From NCBI GenBank assembly GCA_002811645.1, contig PDIP01000104.1:1-61941 (forward strand): a DNA stretch of 61,941 nt, in the 5' to 3' direction. Of this stretch, positions 43,277 through 53,524 are shown one piece after another (the stretch's first letter is position 1; every line of letters begins with the position of its first letter). Source of the stretch: Corallochytrium limacisporum Hawaii. Its lineage: Eukaryota > Protista > Pluriformea. Below the pieces are notes generated by a model. The model searched no databases. It saw only the letters and a program-made list of their open reading frames with translations, and was not told where the DNA came from. A program made the translations under genes and the position numbers.

Positions 43277-44623
43277 ATGCTTCTCCCTCGGGTCGCCCAA
43301 AAGCTGCCCTTCTGCTCTGCCAGTAGGTTGAGCTCAGTGATTCAGCGGCAATGCAGGACATTCGTCGCTGCATCGTCTTCACCAGCGGACGGATCCGGGC
43401 GCACAGGATTGTTCGCCCTCAGCAAGGCCCAAGACCTGGAAAGCAAGATCAAGGCGGAAAGAGACAGGCTGACAGAGCACGTACAGACCCTATCCAAGGG
43501 TGGATCGCGACAGGAACGGCGCCGGGTACAGATGCACTTGGCTTATCTACATCGTTTGAGTGATCTCTGGACAGCAGCAGCGGACATATCGCGGGACATC
43601 GAGGACACCGTGGCGCTAAAAGAGGAAGACCCTGAGATGGCTGACACTGCGGAAGAGGAGTTGGAGACACTGCGGGAAGCGTACGAAGACACTGTGCAGT
43701 CCACCATCAGTCATGTCACTCGCAGCCTGCTCATGGGAGAAATGGCCGGTAGTGGTGGTGGCGATGGTGACTGGAGCGGTGCCAGTGACGACACGGGCCC
43801 AGGTGAGGTCTTGGTTGAACTCAGGCCCGGCGCTGGTGGTGACGAGGCCGCGCTGTTTGCGGACGATCTGCTTCAGCTCTACGAACGTGTCTGTAAACGA
43901 GAAGGCTGGTCTTTTGAATTACTCAGCAAGGATACAACCGTCGGTGGCAGCGGTCTCAGGTACGGAAATTTTGCCGTGCGGGGTCCCGCAGGACAGCTTC
44001 AACGTGTGTTCATCGCTGCAGAAGCCGGTGTACACCGTGTGCAGAGGATCCCTGCAACAGAAAGCAGTGGCCGCGTACACACGTCGACAGCAGCGGTTAT
44101 TTCGATGCCGAAGGTTGACTTCAAGGAAGTCGAGATGGACATGAAGGATGTCAGAATCGAAGTGATGCGCGCGGGAGGTGCCGGTGGCCAGCATGTAAAC
44201 ACAACCGAATCGGCAGTACGCGTCACGCACGAGCCGACCGGGTTACAGGCCTACTCTGCGAACAGTCGAAGCCAGCTGCAGAACAAAGATAAGGCTCTTG
44301 CGGTACTGGCTTCCAAATTGCGTGACATGCAGCTGGAGGCGGAGCGCGAGAAGCAGCTTTCCCAGCGCCGGGCACAGGTCACGTCGTTGGACCGCAATGA
44401 GCGCATTCGCACCTATAATTGGCCCCAAGATCGTGTAACGGATCATCGCACAGGCACCAATTTCTCGTTGTCCAGCTTCATGGACGGCGACCACCACATT
44501 GAAAACGCAGAGGAACTGCAAGCGCAGCGGGAAGCCAACGCGGCTCGTCAGCTGACCGTTGAGGACGTTCTCGATCCTTTCGGCAGTGGCGAAGAGGACA
44601 TTGTCCAAGATGCCAAGCAGTGA
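43277..44623 (+). CDS. MTRF1L: Mitochondrial class-I peptide chain release factor 1
   Basis: GVHRVQRIPATE (PxT motif), GGAGGQHVN (GGQ), ERIRTYN.PQDRVTDHR. Arg/Ser-rich N-terminal presequence. Upstream in-frame ATG at 43235. Confidence 0.92.
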   Translation: MLLPRVAQKLPFCSASRLSSVIQRQCRTFVAASSSPADGSGRTGLFALSKAQDLESKIKAERDRLTEHVQTLSKGGSRQERRRVQMHLAYLHRLSDLWTAAADISRDIEDTVALKEEDPEMADTAEEELETLREAYEDTVQSTISHVTRSLLMGEMAGSGGGDGDWSGASDDTGPGEVLVELRPGAGGDEAALFADDLLQLYERVCKREGWSFELLSKDTTVGGSGLRYGNFAVRGPAGQLQRVFIAAEAGVHRVQRIPATESSGRVHTSTAAVISMPKVDFKEVEMDMKDVRIEVMRAGGAGGQHVNTTESAVRVTHEPTGLQAYSANSRSQLQNKDKALAVLASKLRDMQLEAEREKQLSQRRAQVTSLDRNERIRTYNWPQDRVTDHRTGTNFSLSSFMDGDHHIENAEELQAQREANAARQLTVEDVLDPFGSGEEDIVQDAKQ

Positions 44624-44699
44624 AAAGTCAATGTAAAATATAAATCCTTCTAGTGTCGACTAGTTCAGATGTTTACTGTTTGTGTATCTTTTACTTCTT

Positions 44700-47444
44700 C
44701 TAGGCGGCAACAGCTGCTCCGTATTCGACCTCAAAGACCTCACCGCACTTAGCCCGTGATCCCGCGATAAGGTACTTTCCATCGCGACTGACCGCACATT
44801 TCAAAAGCGGCCATTCCTCACGATTCCCGTACAGGTGGCGGCCGGTGAAGCTCTCGAATATGTTGAGTTGGCCGTCCTTCCCGCAGGTGGCAAACCATTT
44901 ACCGCTCTCAGCATAACTTAGCGAGAAGACACATGACTCGTGAAAAGACAAGCGGATGCGGCTCGAGGTGTCCTCCAGGTTGACCATCTCTATGTCACCA
45001 TTGCTGAGGGCTACGCTGACCCAGTAGGCGGTTGGACAAATGTCAAGACTGAAGACACGGCTTGGGAATTCATAGCAGGCAACCTCCTTAGCCGAACCGG
45101 CATCCCAGATGCGTAAAGTACCGTCTAGGCCCCCGCTCAAGATCTTGGATCCGTCTGGGGCAATACGAATGCTGCTGACACCGTTCCTGTGTCCATCAAT
45201 CTTGCGGATGAGTTTCTTGTTGTGGATGTCCCAGACATTTATCATGCCGTCGCTATGGCAAGAGTAGAACGTTTTGGCATCAGGGCTTACATCTAGTGCG
45301 TAGCACGCCAAAGCGTTCGACCGGAAAGTCGATTTTCGTGTCGGTTTCGAGCCATTGAGGTCCCACAAGTACATACTGCTGCACTCTCCACCCATCAACA
45401 GAGTATTATTGTCTTCGATGAGCTTCATGCCACGCACGTAGCCTTCACGCATACATGCCATCTCAGCAATATGGTGACGCCGGTCAATGTTCCACATCTT
45501 GACAGTGCCCTTGCCGCCTGTCAGTACGGTATGGGAATCCTTAGCGATTTCAATGCTACAGACCAAGTCACGATGGGCGAACGGAGTAACTTTCTGCAGA
45601 CGCCGGGGAAAATGTGGATCGCTATAAGTCTCCGTGAACTTGATAGGCTGCGGCTCCTGGTCACCCTCAACAATGCGGTAGGCATATGTCTCTTTGGTTG
45701 CGATCCTTTTCTCGTTCTGTTGACCGAAGTTGTGCAGGTTCTGCACATTGTAGACCTCACTACTGGACTGTTCGGAGCTGCTTGCGCCCGGAGCCTGGCG
45801 GCCATTGTTATTGACTTCCATTATCTGCCCACCACCTCTGTCCTCAACATTATCATACAAAGACGAGAGTTTTTTGGTGAATGATTTGGGACCATTGGTT
45901 TGGATTTTGTGGGGGGTGATAGGACCGTCGAGCACCTTGCCGGGCACACTGGTATCGCATGTTTTCTCGATAGCGCTGGCCTTATTAAACATTTCGCTGC
46001 CCAGCTTGGATTTCTTATCCGTGTGTTGTGTTCCATCGCGCTTGCCCTTTTCCTCATCGTTGCGATCGTCATTGGCACCCTGATTTCGCCACTTTTCCTT
46101 GTGCTGATCGGTGCTTACCCTTGTTGGGTGAGAAACTTTTCCTACAGTCTTCTTAGATAACGATACGATCGGGCTCGTTGACACTTCATCGTCGGTCGGA
46201 GGCAGGATCAAAGGGATCGGTGCCTGGGCGTGCATTCCAATGCCACATTCGATGTCATGCTTATTGACTTTGCTGGCATTGTTCAGGCGGGCTGTGAGTT
46301 CCCACTGGCGATCAGTCGTCACCTCAGCAATCGCATCCTGAGCAAGCTCTTCAAGACGACAGTTCACTTCCTCTAGTGTTTTCACACGGATGGTGAGGTC
46401 ATATGCTTTCTTGTAGTACTCCAGATAAGCCTCCTCATACTTTTGAGCCAATTTCAGAACACCCTTCGTTTCGCATAGCATTTTAGCGTTCAAGTGATTC
46501 AGGTGCTTCATTTTTGTCTTCAATGATGAGCTCCTCTCACAGAGAGTGACGCCAGGCATTCTTGACTGATTGACCTGGTCTGCGGGATCGGGTTTGTTTG
46601 CAGTCTGTCCGTTGAGCGGATTCTTAGAATGGTTGTCAGCTTTTGGACCAGTGGAGACAGTTTGTTTACTGTGCTTGGCGCAGTCGTTGGATTTGGCATT
46701 GGCTTTGGTGTCATGCTTCCTCTTGCGGCAGTTCGGATCACCATTGCTAGCTACTTGACCCTTTTGTTGCAGATGAGGGTTGTGTTTGTTCTGTTGCTGG
46801 TGTTGTATTTGAGGCTGGTGTGATGACGGTTGCTGCTCCTCCTGTTCGGCTGGTGGTATTGCCGCTTGTGGTATCATTGTTTGTGGTAAGTTGACCATTT
46901 GAGGCTGTATCACCTCGATACGTGCCTGGCCAACTGGATGAGCCATGAAGTTTGGACACCCTTGAAACTGTTCCTGATCCTGTTGCTGCGGCTGCGTGGG
47001 TGATGTATGCGTCTGCTGTTGTTGAGATACGGGCATTTGTTGCCCTTGCTGGCCCATACTACAACTGCCGTGGGTCTGAACGCCTTGCGGGAGACTTCCC
47101 TGAACAAGTGCTCCATCCTGAAATGGTATTGGGTGGTACCCGTTTAACTGCCCAACAACGATAGGCATCATTCCCGAAGTCTGCTGCTGCTCCTGTCCTT
47201 GCATCGCCTGCATGCTACCACTAGACTGAACAGCCACCATAAAAGCTGGGCTTCCACTCGGCTGCTGCTGGTTGCTGCCGCCCATGAGCTGGCCAGGACC
47301 AAGTCCCTGGTAGCTGTACTGGGGGTAAGCTGTGCTCACAACATGAAGGCCCTGCACCTGACTGTTTTGGTTGTTCTGTTGGTTTTCTCCTCGACCGTAT
47401 CCTGCGTACAGGCCTAGTGGGACCGGTACAACAGGAGGGTTCAT
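44700..47444 (-). CDS. TLE: Groucho/TLE-type corepressor (Q domain + WD40 propeller)
   Basis: TLE-diagnostic WD40 motifs H.DLVC, TGGKGTVKMW, YVRGMKL, GGE, ACYAL, HESCV.SL..A.SGKWF. Internal Q-domain-like helix YLEYYKKAYDLTI...RL. Confidence 0.88.
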   Translation of the reverse strand: MNPPVVPVPLGLYAGYGRGENQQNNQNSQVQGLHVVSTAYPQYSYQGLGPGQLMGGSNQQQPSGSPAFMVAVQSSGSMQAMQGQEQQQTSGMMPIVVGQLNGYHPIPFQDGALVQGSLPQGVQTHGSCSMGQQGQQMPVSQQQQTHTSPTQPQQQDQEQFQGCPNFMAHPVGQARIEVIQPQMVNLPQTMIPQAAIPPAEQEEQQPSSHQPQIQHQQQNKHNPHLQQKGQVASNGDPNCRKRKHDTKANAKSNDCAKHSKQTVSTGPKADNHSKNPLNGQTANKPDPADQVNQSRMPGVTLCERSSSLKTKMKHLNHLNAKMLCETKGVLKLAQKYEEAYLEYYKKAYDLTIRVKTLEEVNCRLEELAQDAIAEVTTDRQWELTARLNNASKVNKHDIECGIGMHAQAPIPLILPPTDDEVSTSPIVSLSKKTVGKVSHPTRVSTDQHKEKWRNQGANDDRNDEEKGKRDGTQHTDKKSKLGSEMFNKASAIEKTCDTSVPGKVLDGPITPHKIQTNGPKSFTKKLSSLYDNVEDRGGGQIMEVNNNGRQAPGASSSEQSSSEVYNVQNLHNFGQQNEKRIATKETYAYRIVEGDQEPQPIKFTETYSDPHFPRRLQKVTPFAHRDLVCSIEIAKDSHTVLTGGKGTVKMWNIDRRHHIAEMACMREGYVRGMKLIEDNNTLLMGGECSSMYLWDLNGSKPTRKSTFRSNALACYALDVSPDAKTFYSCHSDGMINVWDIHNKKLIRKIDGHRNGVSSIRIAPDGSKILSGGLDGTLRIWDAGSAKEVACYEFPSRVFSLDICPTAYWVSVALSNGDIEMVNLEDTSSRIRLSFHESCVFSLSYAESGKWFATCGKDGQLNIFESFTGRHLYGNREEWPLLKCAVSRDGKYLIAGSRAKCGEVFEVEYGAAVAA

Positions 47445-48506
47445 TTTTCTTGCGCTTCAGCTGATTTCTGATCTACTTTGGAACACCGCATGTGCCTCGT
47501 CGAACTTTGCGGTACACCCGCACATACAGTGTTGGGACCCACAATTGGTAAGTCCACGGGGTCCATGAAAGCCCCATAGTGTTCGGGCTGTAAGACCGAA
47601 CCACTCGCACTAGATTATGTTGATTTGGCTGTGCTTTTCTTCGGCCTTGGGCTTGCTGGCAGTGCCAAGATAGCTTTGTGTGTCACGAGAGAGATAGCAT
47701 TCTAATCGTTCCCATGCATATACACAAGGGACTAGAAGCAGAGACCATGTGTACATGTTTGCGGCGGAGCAAATATAAACGTTTTCTTAATCACTCCCAC
47801 TAAGACATGTTCCATGACCATCAGACTGAACTACTCAGTGGTTCGGAACAGTTGCTCCAAGCATCACCAAGCGTTGGTTCTATAAAAATCTCACGGATCA
47901 CACTGCCACCATCCGAGGGTGGAAATGACCCACCCTTCCAGGACCCCACCTACGGAGGGGCACTATTCGAGCCTTTCGCCGAGGAATTACTACCCCGACT
48001 TCCGATTTCTCGCCAAAAATAGTCGGTGGTGGTCGATTACCAGTATCCAACACGCGACCTTGAGGGGTTCGAAACCCGCGCACAAATCAATCGCGTAGCC
48101 ACTCGGCTATCCGTTCTCCCCGTTCCTTCTGAATTTGAGGGGAGGGGCCAATTGAGGTTCATGATAAATTCCTGCTTTGGTCAAAGATTCGAGCGTACAC
48201 AGGCATGCGATAGACGGTAGATACACCTCACAAAGCACCCCTGACGACCACCAATTTGAGTATCCTGAGCATGGGTCCGTATGCTTGCATGCTCTCTGTA
48301 CTTTGACGATGCACCAGGCTAAGGTTGCTGTGCTTTGTCGCAAGTCAAAGGGACAATATGAGTGGGGGTGGCCCCGGGGGAGGGTCGTTCTGAAAACAGC
48401 GATGAAGGGCCCACCCGAGCTTTTTACACACTCCGAGCTGGCGGATACACGGTTGCGTGAAGGAGAGGGGAAAGGCGGCCCCCCCCCCCTCTTCCTCACC
48501 CAGAGT

Positions 48507-48515
48507 GGCGCGAAA
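48507..48515 (-). promoter_or_regulatory. E2F-type site (TTTCGCGCC on the - strand)
   Basis: GGCGCGAAA about 290 bp upstream of the CEP44 ATG. Confidence 0.5.
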
Positions 48516-48798
48516 AACATCGAAACCTCTGGCCCGTGCGCTTCCCTTCTCCCCCCCCCGGGTAGGGTGCTTAGGCTGCCAAAGGGGTTACTGTCCCTCT
48601 GGGTCAGGACTCTTGTCCTTTCCTAATTTGCAGGTTTCTTGGATCGGTATTTAAGCAGAAAACCTAGCTCTATTCAGGATATCAAAATATATGATGTGTG
48701 TCATCTGTGAGTGAGAGTAATACATAAAACACGACGGACCATGAGAAGCATGTCGAGCACCTCGTAAGACTCAGACGCGTACACTACACAGTTTGAAC

Positions 48799-50067
48799 AT
48801 GTACGGGAACGTGAATCCCAAGAGACCAGTGACTGGTGACTTGGAGAATGCGGTATACAGTCTGAAGAAAACTCTAAGAACAGTGCCAGAAGATAAACAT
48901 GGTTTGTCCTTGGTGAACGAAGCTGTGGTTGCTGGCCTAAAGACGGGAGAGGCATATGCGGTACTTCCTCTGCTACACTTTGGTCTCATCGGACAGAACC
49001 CAGACCTGCCAAATGAGTGGTCAAATTTAGGATACGGAGATATTCGATCTGTGAGTGATCAGAAATTTGTGGAGCGGACATGGTCCCTGCTGCGGCGACA
49101 TTTTGACTACGCCCCCATGCTCTCCCAGGAGCAATTCTTCGCGAAGGGATTCGCCGAGCGGAAAATGCAGCTGCTTGAAGACGTAATCGTTCTTACACAC
49201 GAGCATATGCGACAGATCAAGCGGCGCTCGAACAGACCAGCACAGACACCCAAGTCTGCTACGGGCTCTGGCAACCGTGCACCGCACGGCACGGCCCGGG
49301 AGATGCCCCGTAGTATTCTGAAAAAGCCGTCGACATCAGCAGCCATGCATCTGGAATGGAGCTGTGGCAACGCAAGCGCGAAGGTGAATCCTGGAAAATA
49401 TCCCCCGACCCAGGGCCGCTACGTAGAGGCAGAATCTGATTTGGCGACAAGGATGGGGCCTCCAAGGGCCATGACCGTAGAGCAGCGTCGGCGGTGGTTT
49501 GATGGACATATGGAGAAAATCATGGACCGACTGGAAGCCATGGAACTGAGGGTGGCTGACGTTTCCAACTCACCTGGCCAGACCGGTATTGCCGCTCCTG
49601 CAGCCGGCGGTCTGGCTCCAAGAACGCGGCTCACCAATGCTACGGACCATTCTTCAACTTACGATCGGCCGACGGACTTCTTCAATGTATCGCCCCCTGA
49701 CATTGATGTACACAATCCACACACTCATGACCAGGTTGGACACAACACTGCAGGCTCGTTAGCCACTGATGACTTCGTACAGATTCCCGATAACCTTGAT
49801 GAAACCGAGAGGCCAGATATGCTCACTGAATATTCTGTTACAGGAGGAAACACAGATCCTAGCTTGTTCGACGGCTCTGAATACGCCTCCCGCGTTGGTG
49901 GTACCGAAGCATTCGAGGACAAAGAATTTGCACTCTTCCAGGAGCACATTCAGCTCCAGATCATGGCAGCACAAGATCACTTTAAGAAGACAGCGTTTTC
50001 GGATAATGAGTCACCCGTTGTGAATGTGGTCACCGTGCAAGACAAACCTCGAGCCATTCCGCCGTGA
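48799..50067 (+). CDS. CEP44: Centrosomal protein 44
   Basis: TGDLEN...LR.V, LPLLHFGL, SDQKFVE...LLR.HFDY.P.L..EQFF.KGFAERK; later coiled coil MDRLEAMELRV. Confidence 0.88.
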   Translation: MYGNVNPKRPVTGDLENAVYSLKKTLRTVPEDKHGLSLVNEAVVAGLKTGEAYAVLPLLHFGLIGQNPDLPNEWSNLGYGDIRSVSDQKFVERTWSLLRRHFDYAPMLSQEQFFAKGFAERKMQLLEDVIVLTHEHMRQIKRRSNRPAQTPKSATGSGNRAPHGTAREMPRSILKKPSTSAAMHLEWSCGNASAKVNPGKYPPTQGRYVEAESDLATRMGPPRAMTVEQRRRWFDGHMEKIMDRLEAMELRVADVSNSPGQTGIAAPAAGGLAPRTRLTNATDHSSTYDRPTDFFNVSPPDIDVHNPHTHDQVGHNTAGSLATDDFVQIPDNLDETERPDMLTEYSVTGGNTDPSLFDGSEYASRVGGTEAFEDKEFALFQEHIQLQIMAAQDHFKKTAFSDNESPVVNVVTVQDKPRAIPP

Positions 50068-50161
50068 TCACCTGCTAGACCCACATTAAAACGTACTCTT
50101 CTAACCAGTTCCCGTCGTGTGTATATAGAACTTGATACTTAATTCCATTTATTCACCATCC

Positions 50162-53100
50162 TCATGTCTGCATCTCGTAGTGGGCAATGATCTCTTTCTG
50201 GTTCTCAATGATTTGCAAGAGGTCGCGAATTCTCCGTTTCGCCGCACGCAGATCATTTACGTTGGCTTCCTTGTTGTATTCAGCATCTACAAGCTTTTTG
50301 TTCAGCTCCTCCATGGCGTCAATGTTGCTGCGTCCGCGCTGGCGCATTTCGTCAAGCTCGGCACGGTACTGCTGCACGACCCGTTCCAGGTCATCCAGGC
50401 GTCGGGCTGTGGCACGTTCCCGGGCCTCTGCCTCCTGCAGCGCCAGCGAGGATTCCGCCCGCTTTTCGCGCTCTTGGGCGACCAATTGCTCCATGCGCTT
50501 CGTGTCCTGCGACACATCGTCCAGGCGACCTTCTGTCTCCCTCTTGATTAGCTCAGCTTCGGTTAGGCGCTTCTGAAGTTCCTCATTTTCGCTACCAATT
50601 TGATTGATCTCGCTGCGTAGATCTCCATGCCGTTCGTGAAGCTGAGCAAGCACCTTTGCCAAGTTCTCTAGTTCCTGGCCCATACGCAAATTCTCTTCGT
50701 TGCGGTCTCGCAGATCACGCTGCAGGCGCCCATTTTCGGCCAAGGCCTCTTCCCCTGCGACTTGGAGCTGCTGTTTCTGTGCTTGCAGATGAGTGCGATC
50801 CTCGTTGATGCGAGAGAGCTCAGTTTCCAGTTCTCGCTGGCGTTGCTGCGCCTGCTGCGCTGTACTGGAAGCAAAGACACTTTGCTGCTGATAGCTCTGT
50901 ACACTCTCGTCTAGGCGACTCTTCTCATCGCTCAGGCTAAGGTAAGACTGAAGCAGCTCCTGTTTTTCGGTTTCAATTCGTTCGATTTCGTCTTGAATGG
51001 TCGATACACGGGCGGCGTATTGACGCAAGTTGGCTTCCAGCCGTTGATTCTGTTCGACAGCATCACTGAGCTGTTGTTTGTAGGCATCCCTAGAGGCCTC
51101 TACCTCTACAAGCTGGTGCTGTAAATTGGATGTCATCCGCACATACTCCCGAACCCGACCTTCTGCCTGGCGGATCTCCACCGGTTGCTCAGATAGTTCT
51201 GATTTCAGGGCCTGAATGTCCACGTCCTTGCGGGTGACCTGGTGTTGCAGGTCACGTAGCTCACTTTCCAAGGACTCGATCCGAGCCTGACGGGTCTGAC
51301 TCAGCACGGCCTCATCACTAGCCTTCTGCAGCTGCTCTGTCAAGGTGTCAGTCTCCTGTACAAGTTCATCATAAGTGTCGCTCATTGTCCTCAGGGCACG
51401 GTCCTTGTCTGCAATCTGCTTTTGCAGGTCCGCCAAATCGGCACGATTGCGTTTGAGATCGGCGAGGGCCGTATTCAGCTCCTTTTTGACCTGAGACATT
51501 GTGTACCCACTGTCACCGGCAGTCCTTTCCGGCGAAGCACCATATGCAGCCGCCACGCTAATGCGCTCCAGCTGGGCTACCTTCTCAGTGGCCTCGTACA
51601 ATTTTGCTTGCAGAGCCGTCTTGTCAGCCTCCAACTGTTTTAGCTTGGCTTGGGTGTTTAAGTACTCGCCCTCACGCGATTCAGCTGCTCCAAGGTGACC
51701 AGTCGCGGTTTCGAGCTTCGCCTGGATTTCGTGCTTTTCGTGGCGCACGGTGGAGAGTTCCGTTAGAGTGTTGCGCAGGTGGCGACGCAATGTCTCCCGC
51801 TCCATCTCCGTGTCTTCCTTCAAGACCTCGGTCTCTTCCTGCAGCTTCTCGCTCTCGCCACGATGACGATTCAGCTGCTCGCGCAATTGCAGAACCTGCA
51901 GTTCAAGGTCACCAATTTGCCGACGGGCGTCCTCTTGTTCCGCCTTCAGGACCTTAATCTCACCCTGGAAAGTATCTCGATCTTTTCTGGCCTGTTGTGC
52001 GTGCTCCGTTGTAACGCTTAGCTGCACCATTGTCTCTTCAAGTTTCTTATCCCTATCGGCAAGGGTCTCATTAATCTTGCGCAATTCAGCATCTGCGGTC
52101 CCGTAATGAGCACGTGCGAGGACAAGCTCTTCTTCCCGAGCCTTCAGGGTGATTCGAAGCTCGCGCAGTTGTTTCTGTGTGTCTTGGAGTAGAACATGCG
52201 CGAACTGGGTCGGGTTTTCCTCAGCTATGGGGTTCGGCTGGCCATAGCGGGCCGGTGTCTCCGGTTCAACAAGGGACTGGTTCAAGCGATTATTAGTGGA
52301 GTCGCGCATGGGCTTGGTTTTACGTGCGCTTCCCTTCGCTCCTCCCTTTTTGGCCGGGGAGGTGGGAGCTGATGTGGGACCACCCGTCCGACCCTTGAAG
52401 CTCTTCCTCTTGGCAGCGGCAGCTTCCGACTTGTCACCGATGGTCAACATGCCAGAGCGAAGCAGGCGCTCCATGTTGCCTAGTTCTTTCATCAGGACTG
52501 AGTTACGATCCTGTACCTTGGTCATGGAACGCTGCAAGGACGCTCGCTCCTTCTGAAGCTTTTTGTAGTTAGTCTGCATCTCCGACAGCTCTTTGTTCAA
52601 CGCATCATTGTTCTCCGTGAGGTAATCAATCTGTACGCCCAATGCCACACCGGGGTTCTTCTCGGCAGCACGACGGGATTCCTCATATAGAACCTTCACG
52701 TCCCGACCACCCTCGAGCATCTTGCCCCGACGCTCAATCTCTTCGTCACGGCTCTTGATTTGCTTACGCAGAAATTCAAGCTCCTCCTGACTCGTCTTGC
52801 CGGCGTCAGTCAGGCTCTCCACCTTGGCCCGGAGAGCAGAAATCTGTTCAGCTTGCGCCTCAGTAGCGGTAGCTACGGCCTCTCGAAGGCGCTTTGAGTC
52901 GTCCTCGTAAGAACGACCGCCAAAACTGCTAAAGTTGGCGCTGCCTTCCTCGCTGGCGGGGTCAAGCTTGTAGCTCATTTCCATCGAGTACGTATGGTAC
53001 CCCAGGGCGGCTTCTTCCTCCTGCTTTGCGTCTTCTGACGCAGTACCCTTCGCTCCCGCAATGTACACCTTTGCCGCTTCGTTGCGCTTCAGCAGGCGGC

Positions 53101-53524
53101 GCAGGCGACTATCACGTTCATCAATCTGCTCCTCCAGGCGCTGCATGCGATGCAGTGTCTGGCTGTGAAGGAAGGTCAGGTCTTGAAGTTCACCGCGAAG
53201 CTTACGTGCCTGGCCCTCAACCTTAGCCTCCCGCACATTTGCCACTTCCCGCGCCTTCAGGAGCTCTTCGTGGAGCCGGTTGTTCTCTTGGGTGAGAATG
53301 GCATTTTCACGCTTCAAGGGCGTAATGTTCTCATTGAAGTTGTTCAGGTTCTGAACCACTTCCAAATTTTCGCCTTTACTTGCCCGTAGAGACTCTGTGG
53401 TGTGCAGCAGATCGGAGAATAGGTTCTCCACGAGCTGCACGGACTCGAGACCCAGCGGCGATCCATAGCCAAACTCATCTAATCGCCTGCGCAACAAAGC
53501 AAAGCGCTTATCTGCCACCACCAT
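50162..53524 (-). CDS. CEP135: Centrosomal protein 135 (Bld10)
   Basis: N-terminal LRRRLDEFGY..PL.LES..LVE.LFSDLLHTTESLR, EN..L..ENN.LH.EL, RDEEIER...LEGGR; long coiled coil. Confidence 0.92.
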   Translation of the reverse strand: MVVADKRFALLRRRLDEFGYGSPLGLESVQLVENLFSDLLHTTESLRASKGENLEVVQNLNNFNENITPLKRENAILTQENNRLHEELLKAREVANVREAKVEGQARKLRGELQDLTFLHSQTLHRMQRLEEQIDERDSRLRRLLKRNEAAKVYIAGAKGTASEDAKQEEEAALGYHTYSMEMSYKLDPASEEGSANFSSFGGRSYEDDSKRLREAVATATEAQAEQISALRAKVESLTDAGKTSQEELEFLRKQIKSRDEEIERRGKMLEGGRDVKVLYEESRRAAEKNPGVALGVQIDYLTENNDALNKELSEMQTNYKKLQKERASLQRSMTKVQDRNSVLMKELGNMERLLRSGMLTIGDKSEAAAAKRKSFKGRTGGPTSAPTSPAKKGGAKGSARKTKPMRDSTNNRLNQSLVEPETPARYGQPNPIAEENPTQFAHVLLQDTQKQLRELRITLKAREEELVLARAHYGTADAELRKINETLADRDKKLEETMVQLSVTTEHAQQARKDRDTFQGEIKVLKAEQEDARRQIGDLELQVLQLREQLNRHRGESEKLQEETEVLKEDTEMERETLRRHLRNTLTELSTVRHEKHEIQAKLETATGHLGAAESREGEYLNTQAKLKQLEADKTALQAKLYEATEKVAQLERISVAAAYGASPERTAGDSGYTMSQVKKELNTALADLKRNRADLADLQKQIADKDRALRTMSDTYDELVQETDTLTEQLQKASDEAVLSQTRQARIESLESELRDLQHQVTRKDVDIQALKSELSEQPVEIRQAEGRVREYVRMTSNLQHQLVEVEASRDAYKQQLSDAVEQNQRLEANLRQYAARVSTIQDEIERIETEKQELLQSYLSLSDEKSRLDESVQSYQQQSVFASSTAQQAQQRQRELETELSRINEDRTHLQAQKQQLQVAGEEALAENGRLQRDLRDRNEENLRMGQELENLAKVLAQLHERHGDLRSEINQIGSENEELQKRLTEAELIKRETEGRLDDVSQDTKRMEQLVAQEREKRAESSLALQEAEARERATARRLDDLERVVQQYRAELDEMRQRGRSNIDAMEELNKKLVDAEYNKEANVNDLRAAKRRIRDLLQIIENQKEIIAHYEMQT

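Noticed and set aside
48020-48085. tRNA-like T-arm GGGGTTCGAAACCC, and an anticodon-like GGGCTCATAACC near 2152
   Set aside because: No complete cloverleaf can be formed at either site.
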